Positions 10,562 to 21,461 of a stretch of DNA of 64,000 bases are shown here, piece by piece (within the stretch, counting starts at the first letter, position 1; each line of letters starts with the position of its first letter). The position numbers and the translations under genes were made by a program. The stretch is taken from contig CAVSOU010000008.1 of assembly GCA_963729625.1 (NCBI GenBank), forward strand, positions 928,001 to 992,000, read 5' to 3'. The notes beneath the pieces are model-generated. The model searched no databases and was not told the DNA's origin. It was given only the letters and a program-made list of their open reading frames with translations. Source of the stretch: an uncultured bacterium. Its GTDB lineage: Bacteria; Chloroflexota; UBA5177; JANWHV01.

Positions 10562-11617
10562 GTGTACGAGGAAGCGGAGCAGGTCCACAAGGCACATCGC
10601 GATTACTACCTTCGACTCGCCGAGCGGGCCAGCAAGTCGCTGCTGACCAGGGAACACGAGGCATGGCTCGCCCAGCTTGCCGCCGACGACGGTAACCTGC
10701 GCGCGGCACTGGAGTGGAGCAAGGATCAGCCTGACAGTGGCGATACCCTCACGCGGCTTTCCACTGCCTTGACGACCTACTGGGAGTTCACGGGCCGCAT
10801 GAGCGAAGGCCGGAAGTGGAGTGAAGAGGCCCTCGCAAGGTCGTCGGCGTCCGAAGAGCGTGTCCGATCGCTCGTAGCCGCGTCACGGCTTGTGATGGCA
10901 GTTGAAGATTTCGAGACCGCCGGCGCTATGCTCGACGAGAGCATGGCCTTGGCGCTGGCAAACGACGATGCATACGGCGAAGCGGAGACGTACTCGCATC
11001 GGGGGTATCTCGCCCTTACGAGACACGATCTGCCGGCATCGATAGAAGCCCATACGTCCGGCCTCGCGCGATGGCGGGCATTGGGTCTCGACGACCACGT
11101 CGCCGACTCGCTCACCTGTCTTGGCATGAACACGCTTCTCCTGGGCGACGTCCCACGGGCGATTGCGTATCTCGAAGAGAGCCTCGCGCTCTGCCGTCGA
11201 AGCAGCACGCGATTCTACCTCGCGGATGCGCTCCTCGCGCTCGGGTTTGCCCGGTTCCTGAGCGGGGATCCAGCGGCCGGGGTGCACCTGCTGGCTGAAG
11301 GCATGCAGGTGGCACAGGCCCTGAGCGCGGTGCAGCTTGTCGCCCGGGCTCTGGAAGAGTTTGCCTTTGTCGCGGGGATGACCGGCGACGCGGGGCGAGC
11401 GGCCCAACTGCTGGGTGCCGCACAGGCATATCGCGAACGGATCAACGTGCCGATGCCGCGCGCGTACCACGACCTTTATCAGCAACTGCTCGGCACACTG
11501 CAGGCGCAGATGGGGGCCGCCGCGCTTGACGAGGCGATCGCGCACGGACGGACGCTCACTATTGAGCAGGCAATGACCCTGGCGCTGGCATTCGGCGGAG
11601 CAAGCGACCAGGCGTGA
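10562..11617 (+). pseudogene. Orphan C-terminal TPR half of an AfsR-like NB-ARC (STAND) regulator
   Basis: Begins at HRDYYLRLAE...WLAQLAADDGNLRAALEW, the segment that normally follows NB-ARC/winged helix; TPR helices; ends RAAQLLGAA...GRTLTIEQAM; no N-terminal domains upstream. Confidence 0.75.
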
Positions 11618-11661
11618 AAGTGCACATTCCGAACGCGCCCGCACGTGCCGAAGCACACGCC

Positions 11662-11695
11662 AACTAATGGCCGGCTAATGGCTGCCTGCTAGAAT
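11662..11695 (+). promoter_or_regulatory. Tandem-repeat promoter element, copy 4
   Basis: AACTAATG-gcc-GGCTAATG-gctgcc-TGC-TAGAAT upstream of CDS 11868. Confidence 0.8.
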
Positions 11696-11867
11696 TGTGA
11701 GCGTCGGGCTCAACAGCGTGGCTCGAGACCCGGCGCGCCGGATCTCTAGTTATTAAGTGGGGCGCCTGGCGCATACGGCGAGTACTGTGAGTTCGCTGCC
11801 TAAGCAGCGGGTTCAAACATTAGGAGACGCCAACCCTGCCGACGAACCGGATGAACGAGTGGAGGCC

Positions 11868-12839
11868 TTGATGGGCGCTGCGATTGCCCCGGCACGCATA
11901 ACAGTGCTGGTGTTGCTGGTATTCGTGGCTTCAGTAACTTCATGTGGGGCGTCGAGTGCGGCGACGCCTCAGGTCAGGTTTGGTGCCACGGCAGGACTTA
12001 CCCTGGAACGTCGCCTTGCCAGCGCATCCGATATGACTGAGGCGGCGCCTGCCCAAGCTCAGTCTATGACCCTCTCAACGTATTCGGTTGTGGTAAATCA
12101 GACGGTTACGTTTACGGCCACGGGCTTTCTTGCCAGCACCGCCGATGCGCCTCAATTTACCACACAGAGGGTCGTTGACATCGCCAACTCCTCGACGCAC
12201 GATCTTCCGTCAATTCTCATCGACATCTTCGGCGAAGCGATTGGGACTTTCACGATAGATCCTGAATGGGGCTTTTCACGCGGTGACTTTCTGTCTTTAA
12301 CCCTCACGGGACCTGATCCGGGCGGTGGCACGGCGTCCGTGAGCACGGCTTTGACTATTCGACAGTCAACCGTCACGGGAAGCGCCAATGGCGCGATAGT
12401 CACGTACTCCGGGACCGGGTTCGCGGCGGCTGAGAACGTGGTTGTGAGCCTTGTTCCGGTCCCAATCGGCAGCGCAATGGATGTTCCGCTAAGTACGACA
12501 CAGGCAGACTGGACGGGCAGTTTTTCCGGCGTAGCTGCAGTGCCAATCGGCGCGACTCTCGCACCTGGCGTCTTTCAGGTGTCAGCCACAGGTGCCAGAA
12601 GCGGCTACATCGCTCAGTCTGAGCTTGTTATCGCTGTTCCGATGCCGACTGCCACTTCAACGCCAGCGCCGACAAACACGTTCACCCCTATCCTAATAGC
12701 CGCCGATGGCCCGCACCTCTGCCCTCACGCCGGTCACGTAAGCATGGGCATCATCGCGGTTCGTGCTGGTGACCCACACTTCCGCGGTCATCCTGTGATT
12801 GTTGCCGATGGGTTGCCATCCGGAGTCATAGTTGGCTGA
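11868..12839 (+). CDS. Secreted Ig-like-domain protein with Pro/Thr linker, probably 3'-truncated near 12690
   Basis: GGAGG then TTG/ATG 11868/11871; signal peptide; two GF...E.V beta-rich domains; PTATSTPAPTNTFTP linker, then run-on sequence overlapping an opposite-strand ORF. Confidence 0.6.
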   Translation: MMGAAIAPARITVLVLLVFVASVTSCGASSAATPQVRFGATAGLTLERRLASASDMTEAAPAQAQSMTLSTYSVVVNQTVTFTATGFLASTADAPQFTTQRVVDIANSSTHDLPSILIDIFGEAIGTFTIDPEWGFSRGDFLSLTLTGPDPGGGTASVSTALTIRQSTVTGSANGAIVTYSGTGFAAAENVVVSLVPVPIGSAMDVPLSTTQADWTGSFSGVAAVPIGATLAPGVFQVSATGARSGYIAQSELVIAVPMPTATSTPAPTNTFTPILIAADGPHLCPHAGHVSMGIIAVRAGDPHFRGHPVIVADGLPSGVIVG

Positions 12840-13010
12840 GGCAGGGCGAGGCACGCCTGCCAGTGCCAGCAGGCACGCTAGAACTCCCACTACACGGAGG
12901 CTTCGAGGGAGGCGATGCCGCGCCGGCGCCTTTGCAGGCCCGAGCAGGACCACGTCGCCAAAGGCCGCCGGGCCGCTGTGGTGTCTGGATCTGATTCGAA
13001 GACGCTTCAT
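12693..13010 (-). pseudogene. N-terminal fragment of a secreted protein
   Basis: GAGGAAAAGGCT-ATG; signal-like RLPRSLRVVGVLACLLALAGVPRPASA; only about 45 mature residues before a stop. Confidence 0.45.
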
Positions 13011-13240
13011 AGCCTTTTCCTCATTGCGCCGAGATTACCTTTGCCCGGCCCGGAAAACCCATTCGCCATCGATCCGCTTTGCTCGCACGCACGCAGCGGA
13101 TCACCGCGCGCCGCCGGTGGTCTGCCAGCACGGTAATCGAGACGAGAAGACCTCCAGCCAAGGCGTGACGCCAACCATTCCGATTCCCTTTCAACCCGCC
13201 AGGCCGTGATGGCTATGCGCGCAGCCGAATATCGGCGCTC

Positions 13241-16200
13241 TCAGTGCGTGGCGATCGTGTAGAGCCTCCCGCTGCTGTGCCCGGATACATCCGGGAAGTA
13301 CATCATCTTCGCCTGGGTTGGGATGGCGTGATAGGTGCCCGCGGTTGTCAGGTGGATCTGGTAGCTGTACTGGTATGTCCCCGCCGGCAGATAGTCTGCG
13401 AACAGTACGGCTCGATCGTCGCGCAGGTCGACGTGCGAGATGTACCAGCTGAGATCTGTCGTTCCCTTCGGGATTGAGGTGAGGGTCGTGATGCTGCTCA
13501 ACAGGCTGGTGGTGCGCAGCGACGGATCGACCGGCTCCGCGCCGGCCGGCAGAGGATCCTCGATTTGCAGGTAATACAGGTCTTCCGGCGCCGTAATGCT
13601 CAGCACCACGCGGACATCGGACCCTGCCCGACCGTTGCCGCCCACTATGGCCTCATAGCGGCGATTCACCACGATGCCGTGCTCTACCGGTGCAGCGTTG
13701 ACCGCCGACTTGTAGGCGTGCAGTGTGACCGTATAGGCGATCTGTCCCCCGCCTTGCTGCTCGAGCGTCACAGGCACCCTGGCCACGCCGGCAAGAGCCG
13801 CCAGCGGCACGACGAAGGTATGGTCTTTGCCGCGATTGGCATCGTCGATGGTGCCCTCGCCGATGGTCTTTCCGTTGACCAGAACGCTGAACTTGCTGGT
13901 GCCGCCAGGAGACTGGTTCCGAGCCGCGTAGTCTGCGAGGGCGCGCATCGTCACGGCCGTGCTCTGTGTGCTGACCCAGGCTCCGTCGAGCTGCCGCGAC
14001 TTGATCCAGCGGAGGGCCGCGTCCGTCAACGGGGTGCCCGGGTCGAGCTGCATCAGGGCGTCCAGGACGATGGAGGTCGCAGAGGCATCGCTTTCCATCA
14101 TCAGCCAGTCGGGCGACTTATCCGACCAGTGCGCCTGATTGTCGTACTGTTGTACCGTGCTTAGAATGCTTTCCAGCAGTGTCTGGACTCGAGGATCGCT
14201 CACGCCAGACAGCTGGGCAATCGCTTGCGCGAGGTAGGCCCGCGCAAACGGCAGGATGTTCTGATAGCTGTAGTAGAGATTGCTGGCAAAGCCGGGATCC
14301 GAGAAGCCGGCCCGAATCAGCAGGTACGCAACGTAGGCCTGCAGATCGTACAGATACGTCGACGATGGCGTGTAGGTGAAGTAGCCCGATCCTGTCGATG
14401 CCGGGTTGACTGCCCAGTTTCGCACGAAGACGGCAGCCTTGTTCAGGACGCCAACGTCGACGGTGTAGCCCAGGTCCCTGAGCGTCAGCAGACCGTCGAG
14501 CACCCAGGCGCTGGCGGACGGCTGGCTCATATCCTCAGGCCACCAGCCCCAACCTCCGTCGCTGTTCTGCATGCCATACAGTCGCTGGAGACCGGCGCTT
14601 ACCACGAGCGGCACGCCGGCGGCGACACTGGGAGCGACGCCACTCAGGGACGACGGCAAACGAGCCGCTTCCGCCAGTCCCACAATCCTGCTGGTGGTCT
14701 GTTCCGAACAGTCGTACGGGTAGTTGACGAGATAGCTCGCGGCGCGGCCGAGCCCTGACACCGGCGATGGCGACAGCGTCACGGTGAGGTCACCTTCGCC
14801 GGGCATCATGTCCGATGTGATGTCCACCAACTGTGTGACTTTTGTAGAGAATACCCCGCTGGTGGCCGTGGTGCTCAGCATGGTATTGGCCTCTACGGGC
14901 AGACTCACCTGCAGGCTATCGGAGAGGCTCGGACTGCCAAATGCGTTGGCCGCAAAGAGGAAAGTCTGAGCGCCGATGGCGTTGGCCCGCACGGGCCACT
15001 GTACCACGCGCGAGCCGCCGGCCGGCACTTTGACGGTGCTGGTGTAGTCCTGCGGCGGCACTGCTGCGCCGGCACTGGACCCGCTCGTGCTCACGTGCAG
15101 CCTGACGGCGACCATCTGGGTTTTGCCAGTCAGGTTATCCACGACCGCGCCGGCAAGCGCGGAGTCGCCGAGGGTCAGGAAGCGAGGCAGCGCGGGCTCC
15201 AGCAGCAGATCCTTGCTGCTGATCAGATCCAAGCTGCTTTCACCCAGCTGGGTTGACGCCGTGCTGCCGATCGCGCTGAAGGTCCAGGTGGTGAGATTGT
15301 CGGGCAGGACCACCGTGACCGATGCATTGCCATGAGCATCTGTGACCACCGACGGGTTCCAATAGGCCGTATCCGGGAACTTGGCGCGCGGAGCCGGCCC
15401 TTCGCCTGCGCCTCCGCCACCACCGCCCTTTGTGCCAAGCTGCTGGTCGAGGTTCAACCGATCGATGTACTGGGTAAGCGAGCCGGCGCTCTCGACGCCG
15501 AGGTCGCGCTCTCGGTAGAACGTATCCAGCAGCGTGGGATTGCTGCTCGACGCCAGTGCCAGCACCGCCTTGTCCACCAGCGCTACGGCGAGCTCTGCCC
15601 GTACTCCGCGGCCCAAGGCGTTAAGCGTGTGTATGGCGAAGGTGACTTTCTGGCCGGGCTTTGCCTTGGGCGGATAGGCGTGGATCGACACATGAAGCTT
15701 CTGGGACGAAATGTCCACCGGCAGGGTCACATATCCGAGCTTCCACTCCGGCAGATTGGTATCGGCACCCGGCCCCTTGACGAGGGTGACGCTCACATAC
15801 ACGTCCGGCGCGTAGAGCCCCACTATCGGCACGCTGACGGTCGAGCTGTTCGTCCGCAGGGTGAGAACCTGGTGGCTGAGCACGCCGCCGCGCTCGACCG
15901 TGACCAGCGCCGTCACGCCCGCCAACGGCGCGGTCACCAGGATGTGCGCCACGTTGCCGGGCTTGTAGCTCTGCTTGTCCGGCACCAGCCGGATGCGGTC
16001 GTTGTTCGGCGGCTGCCAGGCCACGTATGGCGCACCCGCGGACGCGCACCACAGCGATAACCTGGCGACGGATGGCCGGCGAGCACTGTCGCTGGCCGTC
16101 GCCACCACGACATATTCACCGCCGGTATTAGGCCGGACCAGTACGGAGGCCGTGCCCGACCTCCCGCTCCGCGTCAAGTAGGTGGCCACGAGCGTGTCTT

Positions 16201-18928
16201 TGTGCGTGGATTGCCAGTAGTAGAAGCCACTGCTGTCCCGCACGTAGCGGCTCATCCAGACCCGCTTATACAGCTTCACGGTAATGGGCACAGCGGAAAC
16301 GGTCCGCGAATCGTCGTCGGCAACGGCCACGAGCCTGATGGAAGTTGCCTTGCCCGCGGTCAGCACATAGCCTGCCGGCTTTAGCCCGACGTACACCGCC
16401 GACTTGTGCACCGCGACTTGGGCCTGCTGCGCGACTTGCTGGTTGTCGGGCCCCGTGACGATGGCTTCCAGCGTGAACTGCTGGCTCGTGGCGTTGCCTT
16501 TGATGCTTGCCGGTACGGCGAAGTGAAAGTCGCCGTTGGCGTACGTCATTCCGGCGCCCTGCGTAACCCTCTGGCCACCAGAGCTCTGCTGACTGCTGTC
16601 GACCCAGTCGTAATCGCCAAAGCTGTAGTCCGGGAACAGCGCGCTGCTGAAATAGAAGGAGTTTCGCGTGAGATTCCAGGCAACCGACGCCTGCGCGACC
16701 GGCGCGCCAAAGTAGTAGCGGGCGCGCACCTGCACGCCGATCTTCTCGCCCTGAACGTAATCTGCGTTCGCGCCGCGGTCGCTAATCACCGACAGCGCGT
16801 AGGTGGGCGCCTCATAGGCCGCCACTTCGAAGCTGGCAGCGGTCGAGCTGTTGCCGAGAACGGCTGCCATGTAGTAGGTGCCCAGCGACGCGCCGGTGCC
16901 CAGCAGCACCTTGCCGCTGAAGCCGCCAAATCTATCGAGAGACAGCCAGCCCTGGTACACCACGAGATAGCGCGCATCGCGCACGGTCACCTTGACCGGC
17001 TTGCCGGCGGGCGGAGTGCTGTATCGCCCGTCGTTATCCTGGCGCGCGATCCCCTTGAAGTAGACCGGCTGCCCCGGCCGATAGATGGGCCGCTCAGTTG
17101 TCAGATGCATGCGCACCGGTTGCAAGTAGGTGGTGAACCGGAGGTTGAAGTCCCATGGACTCACGCCGTTATTCCAGTCAAGCGAGCAGGCCGCGACGTC
17201 GCCTGAGCGCGTGAGCTCGGCCAGCACGGCGTGCTGCAAGACCGAATCGTTGCTTCGCAGGACCTTGACCGTCGCTTGGAAGACACCGGTCCGGTCGGTT
17301 CGCCCTGTGGCCAGCACGCTGCTCTTGTCGGCAAGCACGCGGACCGACTCGCCGCGGACCGGCTTGCCGGTCCGGAGATCGGTAGCCCAGACGAACACTT
17401 GGTGCTGCCCCACCTTGAGCGTGACCGATGTGCGGGTGATCAAGACCAACAAGTGGTCGGCCGGCGTGAACTGATTGGCCGGATTCCAGGCGTCTACGAG
17501 GTAGTAGCCGGGCGCCAGCGGCCGCCCGCCAACCATCAACGGCTGCTTCACCAGGTTGGCCTTGCTGAGCGCCGCCTGCGAAGGCACCTGCCAGATAGCG
17601 AGCGGGCGCAGGCCCGCGGGAGGCTCTCCATGCCAGTTGCTGGGCGAACTCGACAGCAAGCTCTGGAACTGACCGCCGTTCAAATGGTAGAGGCTCAGCA
17701 GAATGCTGGGCAGATTGACGACACGGGCGTAGATGCTGGCGCTTCTGTAGGCGTCGTAGGCGGCGACAGGTCCCTGGCTAACGAGTGTAATGCTCGGCGG
17801 CGCCGGCTGGGTGGTGAATGACATCGTGTAGCGCCGCGGCAGCGATTGCCCGGCGATGCCGATACGGGCAGGGTCGATTACGATCCTGTACGTGACGGAC
17901 GGCAGGAAATCGGCGTTCACGATGAGGGCTGTGCCGGTCTGGTCGGTATATACGCTCGCGTAGTCTACCTTCGGGATAATGTGGACGGCTTTGTGCGCCA
18001 GGGCTTGATCGATCGGAGCCGACAGCCTGATCCTGATGCCGTTGCTCGTATCGACGCCGGTCGCACCGGGGAAGGGCGTCGTGTCGACGACGCTAAGCGG
18101 TCCGGCCACGCTGTACTGCCACACGTAGGTTTGCGTCATGGGCAGCGGCCCGGCCGTGCTGCGGACCCCCGGCCCTTCGATCGCTTCTGCTCGAGCACCA
18201 AGAGGCAGAGCCCTGGCCGGGTGAAAGGTCATGATCGTATCTCTGGCCAGCGGGGGCGTTTGGCTGGAGCCGCCAGACGCCTGCTGCCGTGGCACGACCG
18301 CTTCGGAGCCGTCCGGCTGTGTGGCAAGCACGGGGCCGTTCCAGGCAAAACGCCCAGGCACTCTTGCCCTATTGGCGAGCAAGGTGAACCCAGCCTCAGC
18401 AGAAGCATGCTGCACGGGCTGGTTGAACACCACTTGCACGGCGTCGCGCGGCAGGGCAAATGCCGTTCCGTTCACGGGTACCGTGCTGAGGACACCGGGG
18501 CGAAGGGTTGAGAACCCAAACGAGTAGGGCTCGACGAGCTGGGAGCCATCTGTGGCCGTGAGACCCGGCTTGGTGGCTACCAGATACTGCGTGGCAGGCG
18601 CCAGCCCTTTGGGAACCTGATATGACCAGATGCTCGTGTTGATCCAGCGTCCCTGTCCGGCTACGGGCGGCGCGATCGTCGCCGGGGCATGTGCGCCGGC
18701 CACGCCGACGTCGCCCAGGGTCACCACCGGCCTGTCGAACGTGATGGAAATGAAACCTGAAGCAGGAACCTCCATGCTACCGGCGGGAGGCGTGGTGCTC
18801 ACGACCTGCAGTGCCGCCGCCGCCGCGCTACCATGGCGGGGTTCCTGCAATGTTGCCGAGAGCAGCGCAACCACAACAGCCAGGCGGGCCGCGACCCGCA
18901 AACTACCGGAAAGAATCGCCTTACACAT
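13241..18928 (-). CDS. Bacterial alpha-2-macroglobulin family protein with N-terminal Ig-like domains
   Basis: TERPIYRPGQ (MG2), FPDTAYW, LPDNLTTW, thioester motif YPYDCSEQ, EDPLPAGAE, RDDRAVLFADYL; likely start ATG 18928 after GGGGAGGG. Confidence 0.93.
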   Translation of the reverse strand: MCKAILSGSLRVAARLAVVVALLSATLQEPRHGSAAAAALQVVSTTPPAGSMEVPASGFISITFDRPVVTLGDVGVAGAHAPATIAPPVAGQGRWINTSIWSYQVPKGLAPATQYLVATKPGLTATDGSQLVEPYSFGFSTLRPGVLSTVPVNGTAFALPRDAVQVVFNQPVQHASAEAGFTLLANRARVPGRFAWNGPVLATQPDGSEAVVPRQQASGGSSQTPPLARDTIMTFHPARALPLGARAEAIEGPGVRSTAGPLPMTQTYVWQYSVAGPLSVVDTTPFPGATGVDTSNGIRIRLSAPIDQALAHKAVHIIPKVDYASVYTDQTGTALIVNADFLPSVTYRIVIDPARIGIAGQSLPRRYTMSFTTQPAPPSITLVSQGPVAAYDAYRSASIYARVVNLPSILLSLYHLNGGQFQSLLSSSPSNWHGEPPAGLRPLAIWQVPSQAALSKANLVKQPLMVGGRPLAPGYYLVDAWNPANQFTPADHLLVLITRTSVTLKVGQHQVFVWATDLRTGKPVRGESVRVLADKSSVLATGRTDRTGVFQATVKVLRSNDSVLQHAVLAELTRSGDVAACSLDWNNGVSPWDFNLRFTTYLQPVRMHLTTERPIYRPGQPVYFKGIARQDNDGRYSTPPAGKPVKVTVRDARYLVVYQGWLSLDRFGGFSGKVLLGTGASLGTYYMAAVLGNSSTAASFEVAAYEAPTYALSVISDRGANADYVQGEKIGVQVRARYYFGAPVAQASVAWNLTRNSFYFSSALFPDYSFGDYDWVDSSQQSSGGQRVTQGAGMTYANGDFHFAVPASIKGNATSQQFTLEAIVTGPDNQQVAQQAQVAVHKSAVYVGLKPAGYVLTAGKATSIRLVAVADDDSRTVSAVPITVKLYKRVWMSRYVRDSSGFYYWQSTHKDTLVATYLTRSGRSGTASVLVRPNTGGEYVVVATASDSARRPSVARLSLWCASAGAPYVAWQPPNNDRIRLVPDKQSYKPGNVAHILVTAPLAGVTALVTVERGGVLSHQVLTLRTNSSTVSVPIVGLYAPDVYVSVTLVKGPGADTNLPEWKLGYVTLPVDISSQKLHVSIHAYPPKAKPGQKVTFAIHTLNALGRGVRAELAVALVDKAVLALASSSNPTLLDTFYRERDLGVESAGSLTQYIDRLNLDQQLGTKGGGGGGAGEGPAPRAKFPDTAYWNPSVVTDAHGNASVTVVLPDNLTTWTFSAIGSTASTQLGESSLDLISSKDLLLEPALPRFLTLGDSALAGAVVDNLTGKTQMVAVRLHVSTSGSSAGAAVPPQDYTSTVKVPAGGSRVVQWPVRANAIGAQTFLFAANAFGSPSLSDSLQVSLPVEANTMLSTTATSGVFSTKVTQLVDITSDMMPGEGDLTVTLSPSPVSGLGRAASYLVNYPYDCSEQTTSRIVGLAEAARLPSSLSGVAPSVAAGVPLVVSAGLQRLYGMQNSDGGWGWWPEDMSQPSASAWVLDGLLTLRDLGYTVDVGVLNKAAVFVRNWAVNPASTGSGYFTYTPSSTYLYDLQAYVAYLLIRAGFSDPGFASNLYYSYQNILPFARAYLAQAIAQLSGVSDPRVQTLLESILSTVQQYDNQAHWSDKSPDWLMMESDASATSIVLDALMQLDPGTPLTDAALRWIKSRQLDGAWVSTQSTAVTMRALADYAARNQSPGGTSKFSVLVNGKTIGEGTIDDANRGKDHTFVVPLAALAGVARVPVTLEQQGGGQIAYTVTLHAYKSAVNAAPVEHGIVVNRRYEAIVGGNGRAGSDVRVVLSITAPEDLYYLQIEDPLPAGAEPVDPSLRTTSLLSSITTLTSIPKGTTDLSWYISHVDLRDDRAVLFADYLPAGTYQYSYQIHLTTAGTYHAIPTQAKMMYFPDVSGHSSGRLYTIATH

Positions 18929-19088
18929 ACCGAGTCCCTCCCCTTTCAACAAGCCGCGCACCAGCTCTCCGCGTGGTTGCCTTCGAGTCGTTGGCGGAAC
19001 GACTCCATCTCTATGCCCCGATACCTGCCGCTGGCCTTGCGTCGCATCGTCCGTCCGGTCTCCCCATCACCATGCATCCCACAAACAT

Positions 19089-21461
19089 CTACATCGGCGG
19101 CTGCGGGTTGATCACGCGCACCGTGGCTACAGCGCTGCTGACGAGCCGGCCCGAGGCATCGCGGCCCACGGCCTGGATGCGATGCGTGCCCGTCTTCATC
19201 GGCCACATCCACTCGCCGCCGCTTCCGCTCAGAACGGTCACCACGCGGCCGTCAACCAGGATCTCCAGGCTCCCGGGTTTGACCGCCACCGACTGTGCGT
19301 CGACCGGCACGGCCTGGTAGACATGCGGAATGGAGGGGCTCAACTGGTACTGCGACCCGGTGGGTGGCGCGTTCAGTGTCACTACAGGTTGCTGCGGCGC
19401 GCAGCAGAGTGCGCGATGCGGCTGCGTTCCCGCGATAAAGACTTCGTCCTGGCTTTCCTGGCACTTGCTGTCCGGGGGCAGTCCCGTGCCGGGGCAGATG
19501 GATTCGTGCACGATGCCGGGCGGCACGGCGAAATCTCGCGCCGGCACGTGGACGAGCGCGGACTCCATGAAATCGTGCCAGATAGGCGCTGCACCGGCGA
19601 TACCGCTGACATCGCGCATGGGCGTGTTGTCGGCATTCCCAACCCAGACGCCCGCGGCCAGATCGGGCGTGTAGCCAACCGTCCAGTTATCGTGGAAATC
19701 CGTTGTCGTACCGGTCTTGGCGGCGGCCGGCCGGTCGAGCAAGAGCGGGCTGTCCGGACCGAACTCGGGCGTCCGTGCGGTGTTGTCGGAGAGAATGCTG
19801 GTGATCAGGTAGGCGACCTGCGGCGAGACGGCGCGCCGACCGCTGTCCGGCTGCCAGGCATAGAGCACCGTGCCCCGGCTATTGGTCACACGCAGGATCG
19901 CCACGGGATCGTGGTGGACGCCCGCAGCGGCGAAGCTGGCGTAGGCATCGGTCAGGTCGAGCAGCCTCACTTCACCGCCGCCCAGCGTCAGCGCAAGACC
20001 GTAGCGATGCGCGTCGTTCATCGTCGTAATGCCCGCGGCATGCGCGACGTCGAGCATAGCCGCCAGACCTACATGGTTCAGTACTTTGACCGCCGGCACG
20101 TTGTAGGAATTGGCCAGTGCCGTGCGCAACGTGACCAAGCCGTGGAACTGCAGGTCATAGTTCTGGGGCTCGAACGGTATGCCCTCCCTGGTGGGAAACG
20201 CACTTGGCACATCGTTCACGAGCGTAGCCGGCGTCATCGGCAGCACGCTCCGTGACGATGCCGGGCGGGAGAACGCGGCCGCATAGGTGAAGGGTTTGAT
20301 GGCCGAGCCGGGTTGCCGCGGGGCAAGCGCGACGTTGACCGCGCCGTCGATGCGGCTGTCGGCGTAGTCGGCGCTGCCGACCATGGCCAGAATCTGGCCC
20401 GTATGGGGGTCTATTGCCACCAACGCGCCATCGTTGACATCGTGATCCTTCTGCAGCAGCTGCACGTGCAGCTGTACCGCTGCCTCGGCTTGTCGCTGCA
20501 GGTTCAAGTCAAGGCTCGTGGTGACCTGCAGTCCTCCCTGCTCAAGGGCGTCGTGGCCGTACTGCTGCTCGAGCAGCGAAACCACGTAGTAGACGAAGTG
20601 CGGGGCGAGGGGGCCGTGACCGGCTATCGCCAGTCCGAGTGGCTCCGCGCCCGCCAGCTGCTGCTGACCGGTCGTGATATACCCGTCCTTGCGCATGAGC
20701 CGCAGCACATCTGCTCGGCGTGCGCGAGCCGCCTCGGGCGAAGTGAGCGGGTTGTAGAGGGTGGGCGAGCGCGGGATACCGGCGAGCAGCGCGCACTGCG
20801 CCAGGTCGAGAATCGAAACCGGCTTCCCGAAATATGCCTCCGCGGCGGCCTCGGCGCCGTACGCAAGGTTCCCGTAGTAGACGTTATTGAGGTAGAGCGC
20901 CAACACGTCATTCTTCGACATGCGCGAGGACAGCTGCAACGCGAGCGCCACCTCGTGCAGTTTCCTGCTCAGTGTCCGCTGGTAGCGTTCGTTCGCAGGC
21001 AGCAGGATGGTGCGCACGAGTTGTTGCGTGATCGTGCTTCCTCCGAATGCCGGGCTCTCCAGGCGCGCGTCGAGAAACAGGGAACGCGCCATGGCGCCCA
21101 AGTCGATGCCAGGGTTGCTGTAGAAGGAAGCGTCCTCGGCCGCTATGGTTCCCTCTCGCAGAGCGACTGGGATACTGGTCAAAGGGACGGTCATGCGACG
21201 GCCGCCAGGCCCGATGATCTCGTAGAGCAGGTTGCCGTGGCGATCCAGGATACGGGTGCTGGGGGCCGGCACAAACGCGTTCAGATTGCCGGGCAGGGGA
21301 TAGATGCAGAAGAGTGCGATCACGCCGGCGACCAGCATCAGGAGGACGGCAGCCACGCAGACGCACATCCACCGAAGCAGTCGCCAGAGCCGGCGTCGCT
21401 GTCTCGGCTTGCCAGCGGTATCGGGCTGGCCCGGCCCTGTAGGTGCGGACGGAGGAGTCAT
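19089..21461 (-). CDS. pbpC: Penicillin-binding protein 1C (class A PBP)
   Basis: Transglycosylase motifs EDASF, GGSTITQQL, RKLHE; transpeptidase SAIK (SxxK), SYN, KTGT; C-terminal PBP1C-type extension; adjacent to alpha-2-macroglobulin. Confidence 0.88.
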   Translation of the reverse strand: MTPPSAPTGPGQPDTAGKPRQRRRLWRLLRWMCVCVAAVLLMLVAGVIALFCIYPLPGNLNAFVPAPSTRILDRHGNLLYEIIGPGGRRMTVPLTSIPVALREGTIAAEDASFYSNPGIDLGAMARSLFLDARLESPAFGGSTITQQLVRTILLPANERYQRTLSRKLHEVALALQLSSRMSKNDVLALYLNNVYYGNLAYGAEAAAEAYFGKPVSILDLAQCALLAGIPRSPTLYNPLTSPEAARARRADVLRLMRKDGYITTGQQQLAGAEPLGLAIAGHGPLAPHFVYYVVSLLEQQYGHDALEQGGLQVTTSLDLNLQRQAEAAVQLHVQLLQKDHDVNDGALVAIDPHTGQILAMVGSADYADSRIDGAVNVALAPRQPGSAIKPFTYAAAFSRPASSRSVLPMTPATLVNDVPSAFPTREGIPFEPQNYDLQFHGLVTLRTALANSYNVPAVKVLNHVGLAAMLDVAHAAGITTMNDAHRYGLALTLGGGEVRLLDLTDAYASFAAAGVHHDPVAILRVTNSRGTVLYAWQPDSGRRAVSPQVAYLITSILSDNTARTPEFGPDSPLLLDRPAAAKTGTTTDFHDNWTVGYTPDLAAGVWVGNADNTPMRDVSGIAGAAPIWHDFMESALVHVPARDFAVPPGIVHESICPGTGLPPDSKCQESQDEVFIAGTQPHRALCCAPQQPVVTLNAPPTGSQYQLSPSIPHVYQAVPVDAQSVAVKPGSLEILVDGRVVTVLSGSGGEWMWPMKTGTHRIQAVGRDASGRLVSSAVATVRVINPQPPM

